64,000 nucleotides of DNA, taken from assembly GCA_045106455.1 (NCBI GenBank), contig JBGCEL010000010.1:116878-180877 (forward strand), read 5' to 3'. Position 1 is the first letter of the stretch. Each line of letters opens with the position of its first letter. The notes under the pieces were generated by a model, which was not told where the DNA came from, did not search any database, and saw nothing but the letters and a program-made list of their open reading frames with translations. The position numbers and the translations under genes were made by a program. The DNA is from Gammaproteobacteria bacterium. GTDB lineage: Bacteria > Pseudomonadota > Gammaproteobacteria > Steroidobacterales > JBCCMA01. Shown in pieces: positions 29,807 to 39,826 of the stretch.

Positions 29807-29854
29807 TGACTAAAACACCTCATCGATTGCGGTGCGATCTCCAAAGGAACCGGC

Positions 29855-31252
29855 ATGACAAACCGACTGAAAATTTTAACCATATTGGCCCTACTTCCGG
29901 TCATTGGCGGCATAAGTCCCGCAGCGCTTGGTACGGATTTAATCGATATCTATCAGCAGGCGCTCGATAACGATCCGCTTTTGCTTGAGGCTGATGCCAC
30001 GCGCCGCGCGGCGCAGGAAAGTCGCCCACAGGCGATGGCCGGGCTCTTGCCCGCGATCAACCTGCAGGGGCAGTTTGACGATCAGGACACGGAGGGCACA
30101 ACCACCTCGCCTGCGTTTACCGGCGGACCCGTGATCACCACACGGCGCCCATCGGATGCCGATCGCCTGAACTGGACGTTGCAGCTGTCACAACCACTGT
30201 TTCGCTGGGATCGCTGGGTGGCCCTCAAACGCGCCGACAAGCAGGTGGCACTGGAAGAAGCCAACTACGCCGCCGCTAAACAGGAATTGGGCGTACGTGT
30301 GGCACAACGCTATTTTGACGTATTGGCCGCCACCGATGAGCTCAAAGCCGAGCAGGCCAACAAGGAAGCCATTGCGCGCCAGCTTGAAGAAGCCGAGACG
30401 CGCTTTGAGGTGGGCCTTATCGCCATAACCGACGTCTACGAAAGCCGCTCCGCATATGACCAAAGCGTCGCTGCCGAAATTGGCGCTAAACGAACACTCG
30501 CCACCGCGTTGGAAATTCTGCGCGAAATCACCGGTAGTTACGCGTCCGGCGAGCTTGGCGCGCCGGGGGATGATCTACCGCTCGTGCCACCTGAGCCCGC
30601 CGCGCAGGAAGTTTGGGTAACGCGTGCGCTTGAACAAAATCTGAGCGTCGCCGCCGGCCGACTGTCGGTGGACATCGCGGGTGACGACATTAAGACCCAG
30701 CGTACCGGCCACTACCCAACATTGGATTTGGTGATGTCGCGTAATCACTTCGACAGCGAAGGTACGCGTTTTGACGTCACGCCCATCGGCGGCATTTTCG
30801 GCGGATCGTCGGAATCCGATTTTGATACCGACACCATCGCACTTCAGTTTAGCGTGCCCATTTACAATGGTGGTGGTGTGCGTTCTCGCGTGCGCCAGGC
30901 CGTGCACCAGCAACGAGCCGCAAAACAACGCCTCGAACGTGTCGCACGCGAAACCGAACGCCAAACCCGGGACGCTTTTTTGGGCGTTGAAGCCGAGATT
31001 GCGCGAGTGCGCGCGCTCGCGCAGGCCGTTGCCTCCAGCGAAACCGCGTTGGAAGCCACCGAAGCCGGTTTCGATGTTGGCACACGGACGAGTGTGGACG
31101 TCCTCAATTCCCGCCGCGATCTGCTGCGCGCACAGACCAACTATCGGCGTGCTCGCTATGACTATCTGCTCAACGTGGTGCGCCTGAAACAGGCCTCCGG
31201 TACGCTAACGCTTGCCGACCTGCAGGACATCAACCAGTGGTTGACCCACTAG
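29855..31252 (+). CDS. tolC: Outer-membrane efflux channel TolC
   Basis: 465 aa with a signal peptide and the duplicated OEP repeat structure. ...LIDIYQQALDNDPLL... is a typical TolC N-terminus. Confidence 0.9.
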   Translation: MTNRLKILTILALLPVIGGISPAALGTDLIDIYQQALDNDPLLLEADATRRAAQESRPQAMAGLLPAINLQGQFDDQDTEGTTTSPAFTGGPVITTRRPSDADRLNWTLQLSQPLFRWDRWVALKRADKQVALEEANYAAAKQELGVRVAQRYFDVLAATDELKAEQANKEAIARQLEEAETRFEVGLIAITDVYESRSAYDQSVAAEIGAKRTLATALEILREITGSYASGELGAPGDDLPLVPPEPAAQEVWVTRALEQNLSVAAGRLSVDIAGDDIKTQRTGHYPTLDLVMSRNHFDSEGTRFDVTPIGGIFGGSSESDFDTDTIALQFSVPIYNGGGVRSRVRQAVHQQRAAKQRLERVARETERQTRDAFLGVEAEIARVRALAQAVASSETALEATEAGFDVGTRTSVDVLNSRRDLLRAQTNYRRARYDYLLNVVRLKQASGTLTLADLQDINQWLTH

Positions 31253-32562
31253 ATCTTTAGCACAGGCTCATCCGGCGCCGCACCGTCGTCTTGTGCGTGC
31301 GGCGTCAGAATCGGGCTGATCAACTCCAGCAGGCGATCCACGGCGCCACGATTGGTCTCAATAATCTGCTCAGCCGCTCGCGACATCGTTTCGCGTGCGT
31401 CTTTTTCTGACAACAGGTGCGTGACCACCTGAGCTAATTCCGCGCTGTCTTCCACCACTCGTACACCGCCCTCACGCACCAACATGTCGGCGATATCTTC
31501 GGTGTTGTACAAGTGCTTGCCGGTCACAACCGCAACACCCAGCGCCGCCGGTTCGAGCAAATTATGCCCACCAACCGGCACCAGTGAACCGCCGACAAAT
31601 GCAACATCAGCCGCGCCATAAATGGCCTGCAGCTCGCCGAGCGTATCGATTAGCCAAACGGATGTAGAGGCATCGCAGGTTTTGTTACTGGTGCGCGCGA
31701 CGTAGTTGAAACCGCGCTCCGCAAGCAGCTGCCCAACACCGCGGAAACGCTCAGGGTGACGAGGCACCAAAATAAGCAACGCGTCGGGCGCGCTTTCTAG
31801 AATCGTCTCAAACGCGTCGAGGACCAACGCTTCTTCGTCATCGTGCGTACTGGCAGCGATCCACACGGGACGATTGGCACCGTGGGTTTCACGCAGCACA
31901 AGACCTTTCTCACGCGTGCCCAGCGGCAGCTCAAAATCAAACTTGATGTTGCCCGTGGTGAACGTGCGCGCGGGGTTGGCACCGAGCGAGCGAAAACGCT
32001 CCGCGTCCGACTCACTTTGCGCGCCAATCACAATGCCGTGCGACAGCGCTTCACGGAACAAGCTCACAAAGCGTCGATATTTGCCCACCGATAGCGGCGA
32101 GATACGAGCGCTGGCAAGAATCAGCGGCACACCACGTCGTCCACACTCGTTGTACAAATTTGGCCACAACTCCGTTTCAATGATGATCGCAACCTTCGGC
32201 ACCACACGATCAAAAAACCGCGCTACCGATCCGGGCAGATCGTACGGCGCAAATCGATGCTGCACCTGATCACCAAATAGATCCCACGCACGCTGAGCAC
32301 CGGTGGGCGTCGTGGTGGTCACCGTCACGGGCAGCGTCGGAAAGTCGTGCAATATCCGCCGTACCAGCGCTGACGCGGCCTGAATTTCCCCCACCGACAC
32401 GGCGTGCACCCAAACGCAGGGTTGCTGCGTCATGTGCTGACCAAAACCGAACCGCTCGGGCAATCGCTCCAGATAGGCCCGATTGCGCGCACCGCGCCAG
32501 AGCAAAAATCCGAGCACTACCGGGGTCAGGAGATACGACAGCAACACATACAAAAAACGCAT
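31249..32562 (-). CDS. waaA: 3-deoxy-D-manno-octulosonic acid (Kdo) transferase
   Basis: 437 aa. N-terminus MRFLYVLLSYLLTPVVLGFLLWRGARNRAYLERLPERFG and ...VWVHAVSVGE... are typical of WaaA/KdtA. Confidence 0.92.
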   Translation of the reverse strand: MRFLYVLLSYLLTPVVLGFLLWRGARNRAYLERLPERFGFGQHMTQQPCVWVHAVSVGEIQAASALVRRILHDFPTLPVTVTTTTPTGAQRAWDLFGDQVQHRFAPYDLPGSVARFFDRVVPKVAIIIETELWPNLYNECGRRGVPLILASARISPLSVGKYRRFVSLFREALSHGIVIGAQSESDAERFRSLGANPARTFTTGNIKFDFELPLGTREKGLVLRETHGANRPVWIAASTHDDEEALVLDAFETILESAPDALLILVPRHPERFRGVGQLLAERGFNYVARTSNKTCDASTSVWLIDTLGELQAIYGAADVAFVGGSLVPVGGHNLLEPAALGVAVVTGKHLYNTEDIADMLVREGGVRVVEDSAELAQVVTHLLSEKDARETMSRAAEQIIETNRGAVDRLLELISPILTPHAQDDGAAPDEPVLKI

Positions 32563-33992
32563 CAGGCGGTGGGCATGCGACGAATCGCCTCCACAATACT
32601 GCTGGTCGAGCGCCCTTCTCGAAATGACAGCACGCGCACGTCACCGCCACCGGCCAAAACGTGCTCAGCGCCGGCGATTTGCTCAGGCTCGTAATCGCCA
32701 CCTTTCACCAGCACGTCGGGCGACACTTGCTCGATCAACGCCGCCGGCGTGTCATCCTCAAACGGCACCACCCAGTCCACCGCGGCAAGCCCTGCAAGCA
32801 CGGCCAACCGATCTTTCAACGGCGTGATCGGCCGCTCAGGACCTTTCAGGCGTCGCACCGATGCGTCAGAATTGACGGCCACGATGAGTCTATCGCCCAA
32901 CCGCTTGGCCTCTTCCAAATACGCCACGTGACCGGCATGCAGCAAATCGAAGCAGCCGTTGGTCATGACAACCCGCTCGCCGCGACCGTGCGCTTCACGC
33001 ACCGCCTGCGCTAATCGTTCCGCGGACTGCGCGCTGCGTCCGCCAACACCGCGCTGATGCAAAGCCAAACGCAATTCCGAACGCGTCGCCGTTGCCACAC
33101 CGATCTTGCCAACCACAATGCCTGCCGCCGTGTTGGCCAACGCCGCCGCACTTGGCAGCGGCAGCCCCGCCCCCATAGCGGCCGCCAAAACGGCAATCAC
33201 GGTGTCACCGGCACCGGTGACATCAAACACCTCGCGCGCGGCCGCAGGCAGGTGATGCGCCTGATCATCGCGATCAATCAGCGTCATGCCGCGGGCCGAT
33301 CGGGTGACCAGCAAAGCCTCTATGTCCAAATCATTTTTGAGCTGTACAGCGCGTGCTACCAACGTCGCATCGTCGACACATGAACCCACCACGGCTTCCA
33401 GCTCGCCCTGATTGGGCGTCAGCACGGTGGCACCACGATAGCGAGCAAAGTCGCTGCCCTTGGGGTCAATCAAAAGCGGCGTCGCGTGTTCTCGCGCGGC
33501 CGCGATCATCGGCGACACATCCGCCAGTGCGCCTTTGGCGTAGTCCGACAAAATCACCACCGAAGCACCGGGCAAAAGCGCCGTAAAATCGCTCAGCAGG
33601 GTGGCGGGCGCCTGCGCCAACACCTGCTCGGTGTCCAGGCGAATCAGCTGCTGGTTGCGACTTAAGACGCGCAGCTTGGTAATGGTGGGCGCCTCGGTGC
33701 GCGTGATGCGTGACACGTCAATCTGGTGGCGCCCCAGCCCGTCGAGCAAAGCATCGCCCGCTTCGTCCCGACCCACGAGCCCGGCGAGCGAGGCTCTGGC
33801 GCCCAACGCTGCCACATTGACCGCAACGTTGGCCGCGCCGCCCGGACGATCTTCAGCCGCGTCGAGATGCACAACCGGCACGGGTGCCTCCGGCGAGATA
33901 CGCCGAGTCGCGCCTTGCCAATAGCGGTCAAGCATCAGATCTCCCGCCACGAGTACGGACAGATCATCAAAATTTGGAACGGTGACGCTCAT
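32562..33992 (-). CDS. hldE: Bifunctional D-beta-D-heptose 7-phosphate kinase / heptose 1-phosphate adenylyltransferase
   Basis: ATG 33992 (MSVTVPNFDDLSVLVAGDLMLDRYW) gives 476 aa. The C-terminal cytidylyltransferase motif is NGCFDLLHAGHVAYLEEA. The track ORF extension to 34106 is not conserved-looking. Confidence 0.92.
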   Translation of the reverse strand: MSVTVPNFDDLSVLVAGDLMLDRYWQGATRRISPEAPVPVVHLDAAEDRPGGAANVAVNVAALGARASLAGLVGRDEAGDALLDGLGRHQIDVSRITRTEAPTITKLRVLSRNQQLIRLDTEQVLAQAPATLLSDFTALLPGASVVILSDYAKGALADVSPMIAAAREHATPLLIDPKGSDFARYRGATVLTPNQGELEAVVGSCVDDATLVARAVQLKNDLDIEALLVTRSARGMTLIDRDDQAHHLPAAAREVFDVTGAGDTVIAVLAAAMGAGLPLPSAAALANTAAGIVVGKIGVATATRSELRLALHQRGVGGRSAQSAERLAQAVREAHGRGERVVMTNGCFDLLHAGHVAYLEEAKRLGDRLIVAVNSDASVRRLKGPERPITPLKDRLAVLAGLAAVDWVVPFEDDTPAALIEQVSPDVLVKGGDYEPEQIAGAEHVLAGGGDVRVLSFREGRSTSSIVEAIRRMPTA

Positions 33993-34104
33993 GCGGGATC
34001 GCCTTTGTGCGGAGTAATCGGAGAGTCGGCGCCGCATTATAGCGCGAGCGCCGAGCATAAAAACTTGGGACCTGCGCAGCAGGCCGGTTAGACTCCGGCG
34101 CAGC

Positions 34105-35010
34105 ATGTCCGATCAAACAGTATCTCTCGCGTCGTTTTGGGCACCGCGCTACTGGCCGGTGTGGCTGGGGCTGTGTGCCATGCGCATTGGCGCGTGGTTG
34201 CCACTGCCTTGGCAGCAACGTATCGGCCGTGCGATTGGCGCTCTGGCGCGACGCCTGATCAAACGCCGACGCACCATCGCCGAGGCCAATCTACGCGCTT
34301 GTTTTCCTGAGAAGACGGACGCCGAACGCGACACGCTACTGCGCGAACATTTTGCGAGTGTCGGCATTGGTCTGATGGAAATCGCCTACGGATGGTGGGG
34401 GCGCGTTGAGGATTTCGATCGCCTTGGCGATATCCACGGTCTCGAGCACTTAAACCGTGCGCTTGCCGAAGGCAAGGGCGTGGTTCTGCTGGCGGGTCAT
34501 TTTACGACCATCGAGATTGGCGGCATCATTTTGGCGCAGCATATTCCCATGAACGCCATGTATCGGCGCTTCGAAAACCCGCTGTTTGAAGAGGTGATGC
34601 GGCGCAAACGGTTGCGCCACGTCAGCCACGTTATCCAGCGCGGTGACTTTCGCGGCATGCTGCGGCGGCTGCAAAAAAATTGCGCCGTGCTCTACATGCC
34701 CGATCAGGCTTACGTACGCGCCAACAGCGTTCACGTACCGTTTTTCAATATCCCGGCCCCCACCAACACGGGCACCTCCCGTCTGGTCGCACGCAGCGGC
34801 GCGCGCGTGGTCCCTTTCCTGCCGGTGCGTCGTCGCGACGGCCGTGGCTACGATCTTTATGTCGATCCACCGCTTGAAAATTTCCCGACCGATGACGCGA
34901 CGGCCGATGCCGCGCGACTCAATGCGCTGTTTGAGGCGCAAGCGCGTAGCGCCCCGGAACAATATTTGTGGATTCACCGACGCTTTAAAGGCGTCGACGG
35001 TATCTACTAA
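34105..35010 (+). CDS. lpxL: Lipid A biosynthesis lauroyl/myristoyl (Kdo2-lipid IVA) acyltransferase
   Basis: 301 aa with FWAPRYWPVWLGL and ...NLRACFPEKTDAERDTLLREHF...; LpxL/HtrB family. Confidence 0.85.
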   Translation: MSDQTVSLASFWAPRYWPVWLGLCAMRIGAWLPLPWQQRIGRAIGALARRLIKRRRTIAEANLRACFPEKTDAERDTLLREHFASVGIGLMEIAYGWWGRVEDFDRLGDIHGLEHLNRALAEGKGVVLLAGHFTTIEIGGIILAQHIPMNAMYRRFENPLFEEVMRRKRLRHVSHVIQRGDFRGMLRRLQKNCAVLYMPDQAYVRANSVHVPFFNIPAPTNTGTSRLVARSGARVVPFLPVRRRDGRGYDLYVDPPLENFPTDDATADAARLNALFEAQARSAPEQYLWIHRRFKGVDGIY

Positions 35011-35735
35011 TTGGGGGCACGATAGCCCTCGACAAAAGCCGTCCACAGGTCTGGCTCAAAACCATCGCGACCGGCCTGGCGTGAAAGCTTGTGCAGCGAG
35101 CGCTCGAACCGATCAACGTTGCCGCGCTGCCAGCCATCGCCGTCACGCTGCTCACCGCGATCGAAATCAATTAAATAGACCTTCTGCTCGCCGTCAATCA
35201 GAACATTGTGCGCATTGAGATCGGCGTGCCAGATACCCTCACGATGAAAGCGCGCTACGCAACGTCCAACGTCGCGCATCAACGCCCCTGTGATGGCGCC
35301 GTCGGCGAGCAACCTTGCCAGCGTGTGCGAATCGGGTATTGCAACGGTGATCAGCTGCGCTTGATACGTCAGGCCGTGCAGCACAACGCACGCCGCCACG
35401 GGTGTCGGCGCCGGCAAAGATCGCGCCTGTAGCCAATGCAGCAAACGCCACTCCCGAAACGCACGTGTACGTTCAAGTCCGGTGTAGAGATAGCGATCTT
35501 TTGAAAGTGCCGCTATGCGTCCGCCACGGCGAAACTGCCGTAACACCCAGTGACCATCGTCATGATGAATGAACCATGCGCTACCACGCCCGCCGTCAGC
35601 CGCCTTCACCTCTGCGGATTGCGCCCAGAATGCTGGATCGAACCACTCGGCAGACGGCTCGCCGCAAGCCGGATCAAATAACAGGCGATGCGGACCGTCG
35701 GCCGTTTGGCGGCCTGCCCGTTTCTCAGCGCTCAC
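35007..35735 (-). CDS. kdkA: Kdo kinase
   Basis: 242 aa with ...LRQFRRGG... and the kinase catalytic segment IWHADLNAHNVLI. Confidence 0.85.
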   Translation of the reverse strand: MSAEKRAGRQTADGPHRLLFDPACGEPSAEWFDPAFWAQSAEVKAADGGRGSAWFIHHDDGHWVLRQFRRGGRIAALSKDRYLYTGLERTRAFREWRLLHWLQARSLPAPTPVAACVVLHGLTYQAQLITVAIPDSHTLARLLADGAITGALMRDVGRCVARFHREGIWHADLNAHNVLIDGEQKVYLIDFDRGEQRDGDGWQRGNVDRFERSLHKLSRQAGRDGFEPDLWTAFVEGYRAPN

Positions 35736-35833
35736 TCAAATGACTCAATGTCGTGCATTGCGAACGCGAACCTGTGCCCAATTTGGCGTAAAGTACCCAG
35801 CTTGACCTCCTTTGAAGAAGCGCCCGTGAGTCT

Positions 35834-36892
35834 ATGACAGACACGCCCATCCGCTCAATTTGTGTTTTGCGACTGTCCGCCATCGGCGACACCTGCAACA
35901 TGATGCCGATCATTCGTACGTTGCAGAGTGAACTGCCGGATGCCAGCGTGACCTGGATCATCGGCCGCACAGAACATCGCCTGCTCAAGGACGTCAGCGG
36001 CGTGGAATTTCTAGTCTTTGACAAAAAAGGCGGACGCGGCGCGCGGCGCAAACTCAAAGCGCAACTGGCGGGTCGCAAGTTTGATGTGTTGCTGCATATG
36101 CATGCCTCGATGCGCGCCAATCGTTTGGCCCGCTACGTAGATTCACCGCGCAAAGTGGGCTTCGACGGCCGGCGCGCGCGCGATTTTCAACGTTTTTTTT
36201 GCTCGGAGAGCATTAGCGGCGATTCGTCGGTGCACGTGCTCGATGGCTTTTTTCAATTCGTCGAGCATCTTGGCATTACTCGTCGCCACATGATTTGGGA
36301 TGTGCCACTGGATGACGCGGATCGGGAATTTGCGCGCGCAACGATGTCGGACCGCAGTCTCCTGATCAGCCCCTGCAGTTCCCAGCGCTGGCGCAATTTC
36401 CGCAACTGGCGCGCTGAAAATTACGCACAGATCGTCGATCTGGCGCACCAAAAATATGGCCTTGATGTGGTCCTGACCGGTGGGCCTACCCAGCTTGAAG
36501 CCGAGTATGGGCAGAGCATTAGCGCCATGGCTGAGGCGCCCGTCAAAAACCTTATTGGCCAGACATCGTTAACCCAACTGATGGCGTTGGTGGACCGCGC
36601 CGGCGTGGTATTAAGCCCGGACTCGGGCCCGGCGCATATGGCAACGGCCACCGGCACACCCGTGATCGGGTTGTATGCCACGTCCAATCGCTGGCGCACG
36701 GGGCCATACTTGAGTCAGGAGTGGGTCGTGGACCGCTACCCGGATGCGGTAACTCGGGCACTGGGCAAACCGGTTACGCAGCTACCGTGGGGCTATCGCG
36801 TTCGCTCACCCTATGCGATGGACCTGATCACCGTCGATGATGTCGCGCAAAAACTCGATGGCGTGGTCAGCCAGGTCATTGGCTCAGCCTGA
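35834..36892 (+). CDS. Glycosyltransferase family 9 (LPS heptosyltransferase-like)
   Basis: 352 aa with ICVLRLSAIGDTCNMMPIIRTL and ...DSGPAHMATATGTPVIGLY.... A T8 homopolymer lies at 36193-36200 inside the CDS. Confidence 0.85.
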   Translation: MTDTPIRSICVLRLSAIGDTCNMMPIIRTLQSELPDASVTWIIGRTEHRLLKDVSGVEFLVFDKKGGRGARRKLKAQLAGRKFDVLLHMHASMRANRLARYVDSPRKVGFDGRRARDFQRFFCSESISGDSSVHVLDGFFQFVEHLGITRRHMIWDVPLDDADREFARATMSDRSLLISPCSSQRWRNFRNWRAENYAQIVDLAHQKYGLDVVLTGGPTQLEAEYGQSISAMAEAPVKNLIGQTSLTQLMALVDRAGVVLSPDSGPAHMATATGTPVIGLYATSNRWRTGPYLSQEWVVDRYPDAVTRALGKPVTQLPWGYRVRSPYAMDLITVDDVAQKLDGVVSQVIGSA

Positions 36893-37720
36893 GCCCTCGC
36901 CACTGGTGCGCACCACGGGCTGCTCTGTCTTTTGCGTTGTGGCCATACACACCAGATGCATGTATTTGTTAAACGAATACTGCATTTGTATCACCGATAT
37001 CAGTAGTCCTGTGCGCCCGTCCAGAAACCCTCTGCGTAAAACAAAGTGCCGAAAAAACGCAAAGCCGGACGACCCCAGTGCTTTGAGCGTACTCGCACGC
37101 TGGCCTTTTTCGAATCTGTCTTTGGCCCACTCAAAGGCGTATTCATTTCGTTTCATCAGATAGGCGTTCAAATCACTGAACGTGTAGTGCAGCAAATCGG
37201 ACGCAAGCCGCTCAAGGTTGGCGTCAGTGCAGTCCAATGACTCGTGAACCACCCGGGCGTTGTATTGAAACCGAAGCCTATTGTAGATGCGCGCCACCGG
37301 GTCCGGATACCAACCGCTATGACGCACGAACTGACCGCAAAAACTGGTCAGCCGATTAAGTACAAACACCTGCTTATCATCCGCATTCGTCAACCGCTCT
37401 TGAATTTCGCGCGCCAGGGGCGCACTCACCACTTCGTCGGAATCAAGCGCAAATATCCAGTCGTGGCTTGCGAGCGCTGCGGCTCGCTGGCGCTGGACAC
37501 CAAAACCCTGCCAGTCATCGCGGGTATGGATCTGGTCGGTAAACTCAGCCGCAATCTTCAAGGTGTTATCGCTGCTGCCGGAATCAAGCACCACGATCTC
37601 GTCCGCCCAGCTCACGGACGACAGACACGCGGCGATGGTGCGTTGTGCATTTCTGCAGATCACGCAGACCGTGAGTTTTGGCCGACCGCTGTCAGATGGC
37701 TCGATCACCGCAGCTTCCAA
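36884..37720 (-). CDS. Glycosyltransferase family 2
   Basis: 278 aa with LTVCVICRNAQRTIAACLSSVSWADEIVVLDSGSSDNT and a later DSDE motif. Confidence 0.8.
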   Translation of the reverse strand: MEAAVIEPSDSGRPKLTVCVICRNAQRTIAACLSSVSWADEIVVLDSGSSDNTLKIAAEFTDQIHTRDDWQGFGVQRQRAAALASHDWIFALDSDEVVSAPLAREIQERLTNADDKQVFVLNRLTSFCGQFVRHSGWYPDPVARIYNRLRFQYNARVVHESLDCTDANLERLASDLLHYTFSDLNAYLMKRNEYAFEWAKDRFEKGQRASTLKALGSSGFAFFRHFVLRRGFLDGRTGLLISVIQMQYSFNKYMHLVCMATTQKTEQPVVRTSGEGSG

Positions 37721-38751
37721 TAATTGAGCTTTTTACGCATTTTGAACTGACGCACTAAATCGCGCGGTTTTTTACGCGCCGGCGGATCAGCAAGCGTCGC
37801 ATCAATAGCATCCAGCACACGGCCACTGGATTGACCGTCTTGCAGCGGATGCGTGTCGGCCGCGAAGTCCGCCAGCGCGCTCAACACCGCGGGCGGGTAG
37901 CTCAGTGCATCTGCCAGAGCGCGTTCAAGCTCGTTCACGTGAGTCACGTTGATCATGTAATCCTGCGGTTGCACATTATTGAACGTCACGATCGGCTTTT
38001 GCAGCAACGCAAACATGATCAACACCGACGATGTATCGCACAGCATGATGTCCGCGTCTTGCAGCAGCGGGATCACATCACTGGTCTCAACGAACGTCAG
38101 ATGCTCGCTCTCGATGGACTTGTAGAGCTCCACCGTCGCGCGCTCCATTTTGGGATGAAACTGAATCGTCCATTGCCAGCGGCCCGTTGCGCTTAACGCT
38201 TTCACTTTTTCGAACACAACGCGCGCGCAGCTGAGTTTTTTTGAAAACGTGGAGCACATCAGAATGCGACGCTTAGGGTTCTCCTGTGCAGGCGGCAACG
38301 CCTGAAACAGTGAATCGAGCGCACACCATCCCGTTTGAGCAATGCGAAAGTGGGGGTGTTTTTCTTGCAGAGCCTCGAAAGGCCTTGTGCTGCTCGGGCC
38401 CTGAGTGCAGTACAGGTCGAAACAATTGCGTACTTTAAAGTGATCATTGCGCCCTTTACGGTCTACCTTACCCGCATCAAAGCCGTGGAATACCGCCACA
38501 TTGATACCCGGCAAAAAGGTCGGCGCCGTGTTGGCGGGATAGAGGATCGCATCGGGATTGAAATCGTAAATAGCATCGACCGATGGCAGCCGAATGTCGT
38601 CTGCGGAAAAAAAATCCGCATTGACCGCATCGCCTTCCACAAACCAGGCAACGTCGCCGCCGCGTTCTTGAACAGCTTTTTGCACGGGACGCAGAATCGC
38701 AAAACTATAGTTCTGAGATATATAGAACAAATAGCGCTTCGCAGCAGGCAT
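37705..38751 (-). CDS. Putative CDP-glycerol glycerophosphotransferase-like (TagB/TagF family) LPS-modifying enzyme
   Basis: 348 aa. The C-terminal segment LLQDADIMLCDTSSVLIMFALLQKPIVTF resembles the TagF-family nucleotide-binding region. Assignment is by pattern only. The gene is AT-richer than its surroundings. Confidence 0.5.
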   Translation of the reverse strand: MPAAKRYLFYISQNYSFAILRPVQKAVQERGGDVAWFVEGDAVNADFFSADDIRLPSVDAIYDFNPDAILYPANTAPTFLPGINVAVFHGFDAGKVDRKGRNDHFKVRNCFDLYCTQGPSSTRPFEALQEKHPHFRIAQTGWCALDSLFQALPPAQENPKRRILMCSTFSKKLSCARVVFEKVKALSATGRWQWTIQFHPKMERATVELYKSIESEHLTFVETSDVIPLLQDADIMLCDTSSVLIMFALLQKPIVTFNNVQPQDYMINVTHVNELERALADALSYPPAVLSALADFAADTHPLQDGQSSGRVLDAIDATLADPPARKKPRDLVRQFKMRKKLNYWKLR

Positions 38752-38869
38752 CGGTTTATCTCGCTACCAACAGTGATTCAGACTATGGAATTCGACCGTG
38801 GCTGTCGAGATAAATTCGCCTCGATCACGCGGGCCAAAAGGCCACACTTAACGCCGGGCGACGCGCGTT

Positions 38870-39826
38870 TCAGGCCGCGCCGTGCAACGCATCAAGGTAG
38901 CGACGAACGCCTTGCTCAACGGTGGCAAACGCATGCTCGCAGCCAATCCCGCGCAGGCCCGCCAGGTCGGCCTGCGTAAAGCTCTGATAGCTTCCCGCAA
39001 GATGGTCGGGAAACGGCACATACGTTATATCACCGCGCCCGTGCCAGGCGATCACGGCGTTCGCGACATCGTTGAATGTCTGACTGCGCCCGGTGCCGAG
39101 GTTAAACACGCCACTAATTTCGGGGCGATCCAAAAACCACAGCACGACGTCACACACATCGCCCACATAGATAAAATCGCGTCGCTGCTCGCCGTCGGCG
39201 TAGCCATCGCTGCCGCAAAACAAACTCGCGCTGCCCGTCTCGCGAATTTGGCGATCAAAATGCAGCGCAACGCTTGCCATCGAGCCCTTGTGTGCTTCGC
39301 GCGGGCCGTAAACATTAAAGTAGCGCAGGCCCACAACCTGAGACTGAGTCACGGGCAAACGCGGCAACACGTAGCGGTCAAACTGCGCCTTGGACCAGCC
39401 GTAGACATTCAGAGGCGCAACCGCCTCGTCGCGCTCAACAAACGCAGGGCCGCTGCCGTAGACCGACGCGGAGGATGCGTAAATGAGCGGCACTCGATGC
39501 GCATCGCACCAGGCGAGCAGGCGTTTCGAGTAGCGGTAATTGACGTCCATCATAAAGCGACCGTCCCACTCGGTGGTGGTAGAACAAGCCCCCTGATGCA
39601 AAATGGCCTCAGCCTCAAAGCCCGCATCACTCTCGATCAGCTCGATAAACTCATCTTTGTCCAGATAGTCGGCGAGCGTCAGATCAGCGAGATTGCGAAA
39701 CTTGGTGCCGTCGGTCAGGTCGTCCACCACGATGATGTCGTGACGACCGCGCGCGTTGAGCGCAGCAACCAGATTTGAGCCGATAAAACCGGCCCCGCCG
39801 GTTACGACGATTGGCCCGTTGGTCAT
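38870..39826 (-). CDS. hldD: ADP-L-glycero-D-manno-heptose 6-epimerase
   Basis: 318 aa with [21 protein letters not shown]; SDR-type epimerase colinear with HldD/RfaD. Confidence 0.92.
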   Translation of the reverse strand: MTNGPIVVTGGAGFIGSNLVAALNARGRHDIIVVDDLTDGTKFRNLADLTLADYLDKDEFIELIESDAGFEAEAILHQGACSTTTEWDGRFMMDVNYRYSKRLLAWCDAHRVPLIYASSASVYGSGPAFVERDEAVAPLNVYGWSKAQFDRYVLPRLPVTQSQVVGLRYFNVYGPREAHKGSMASVALHFDRQIRETGSASLFCGSDGYADGEQRRDFIYVGDVCDVVLWFLDRPEISGVFNLGTGRSQTFNDVANAVIAWHGRGDITYVPFPDHLAGSYQSFTQADLAGLRGIGCEHAFATVEQGVRRYLDALHGAA

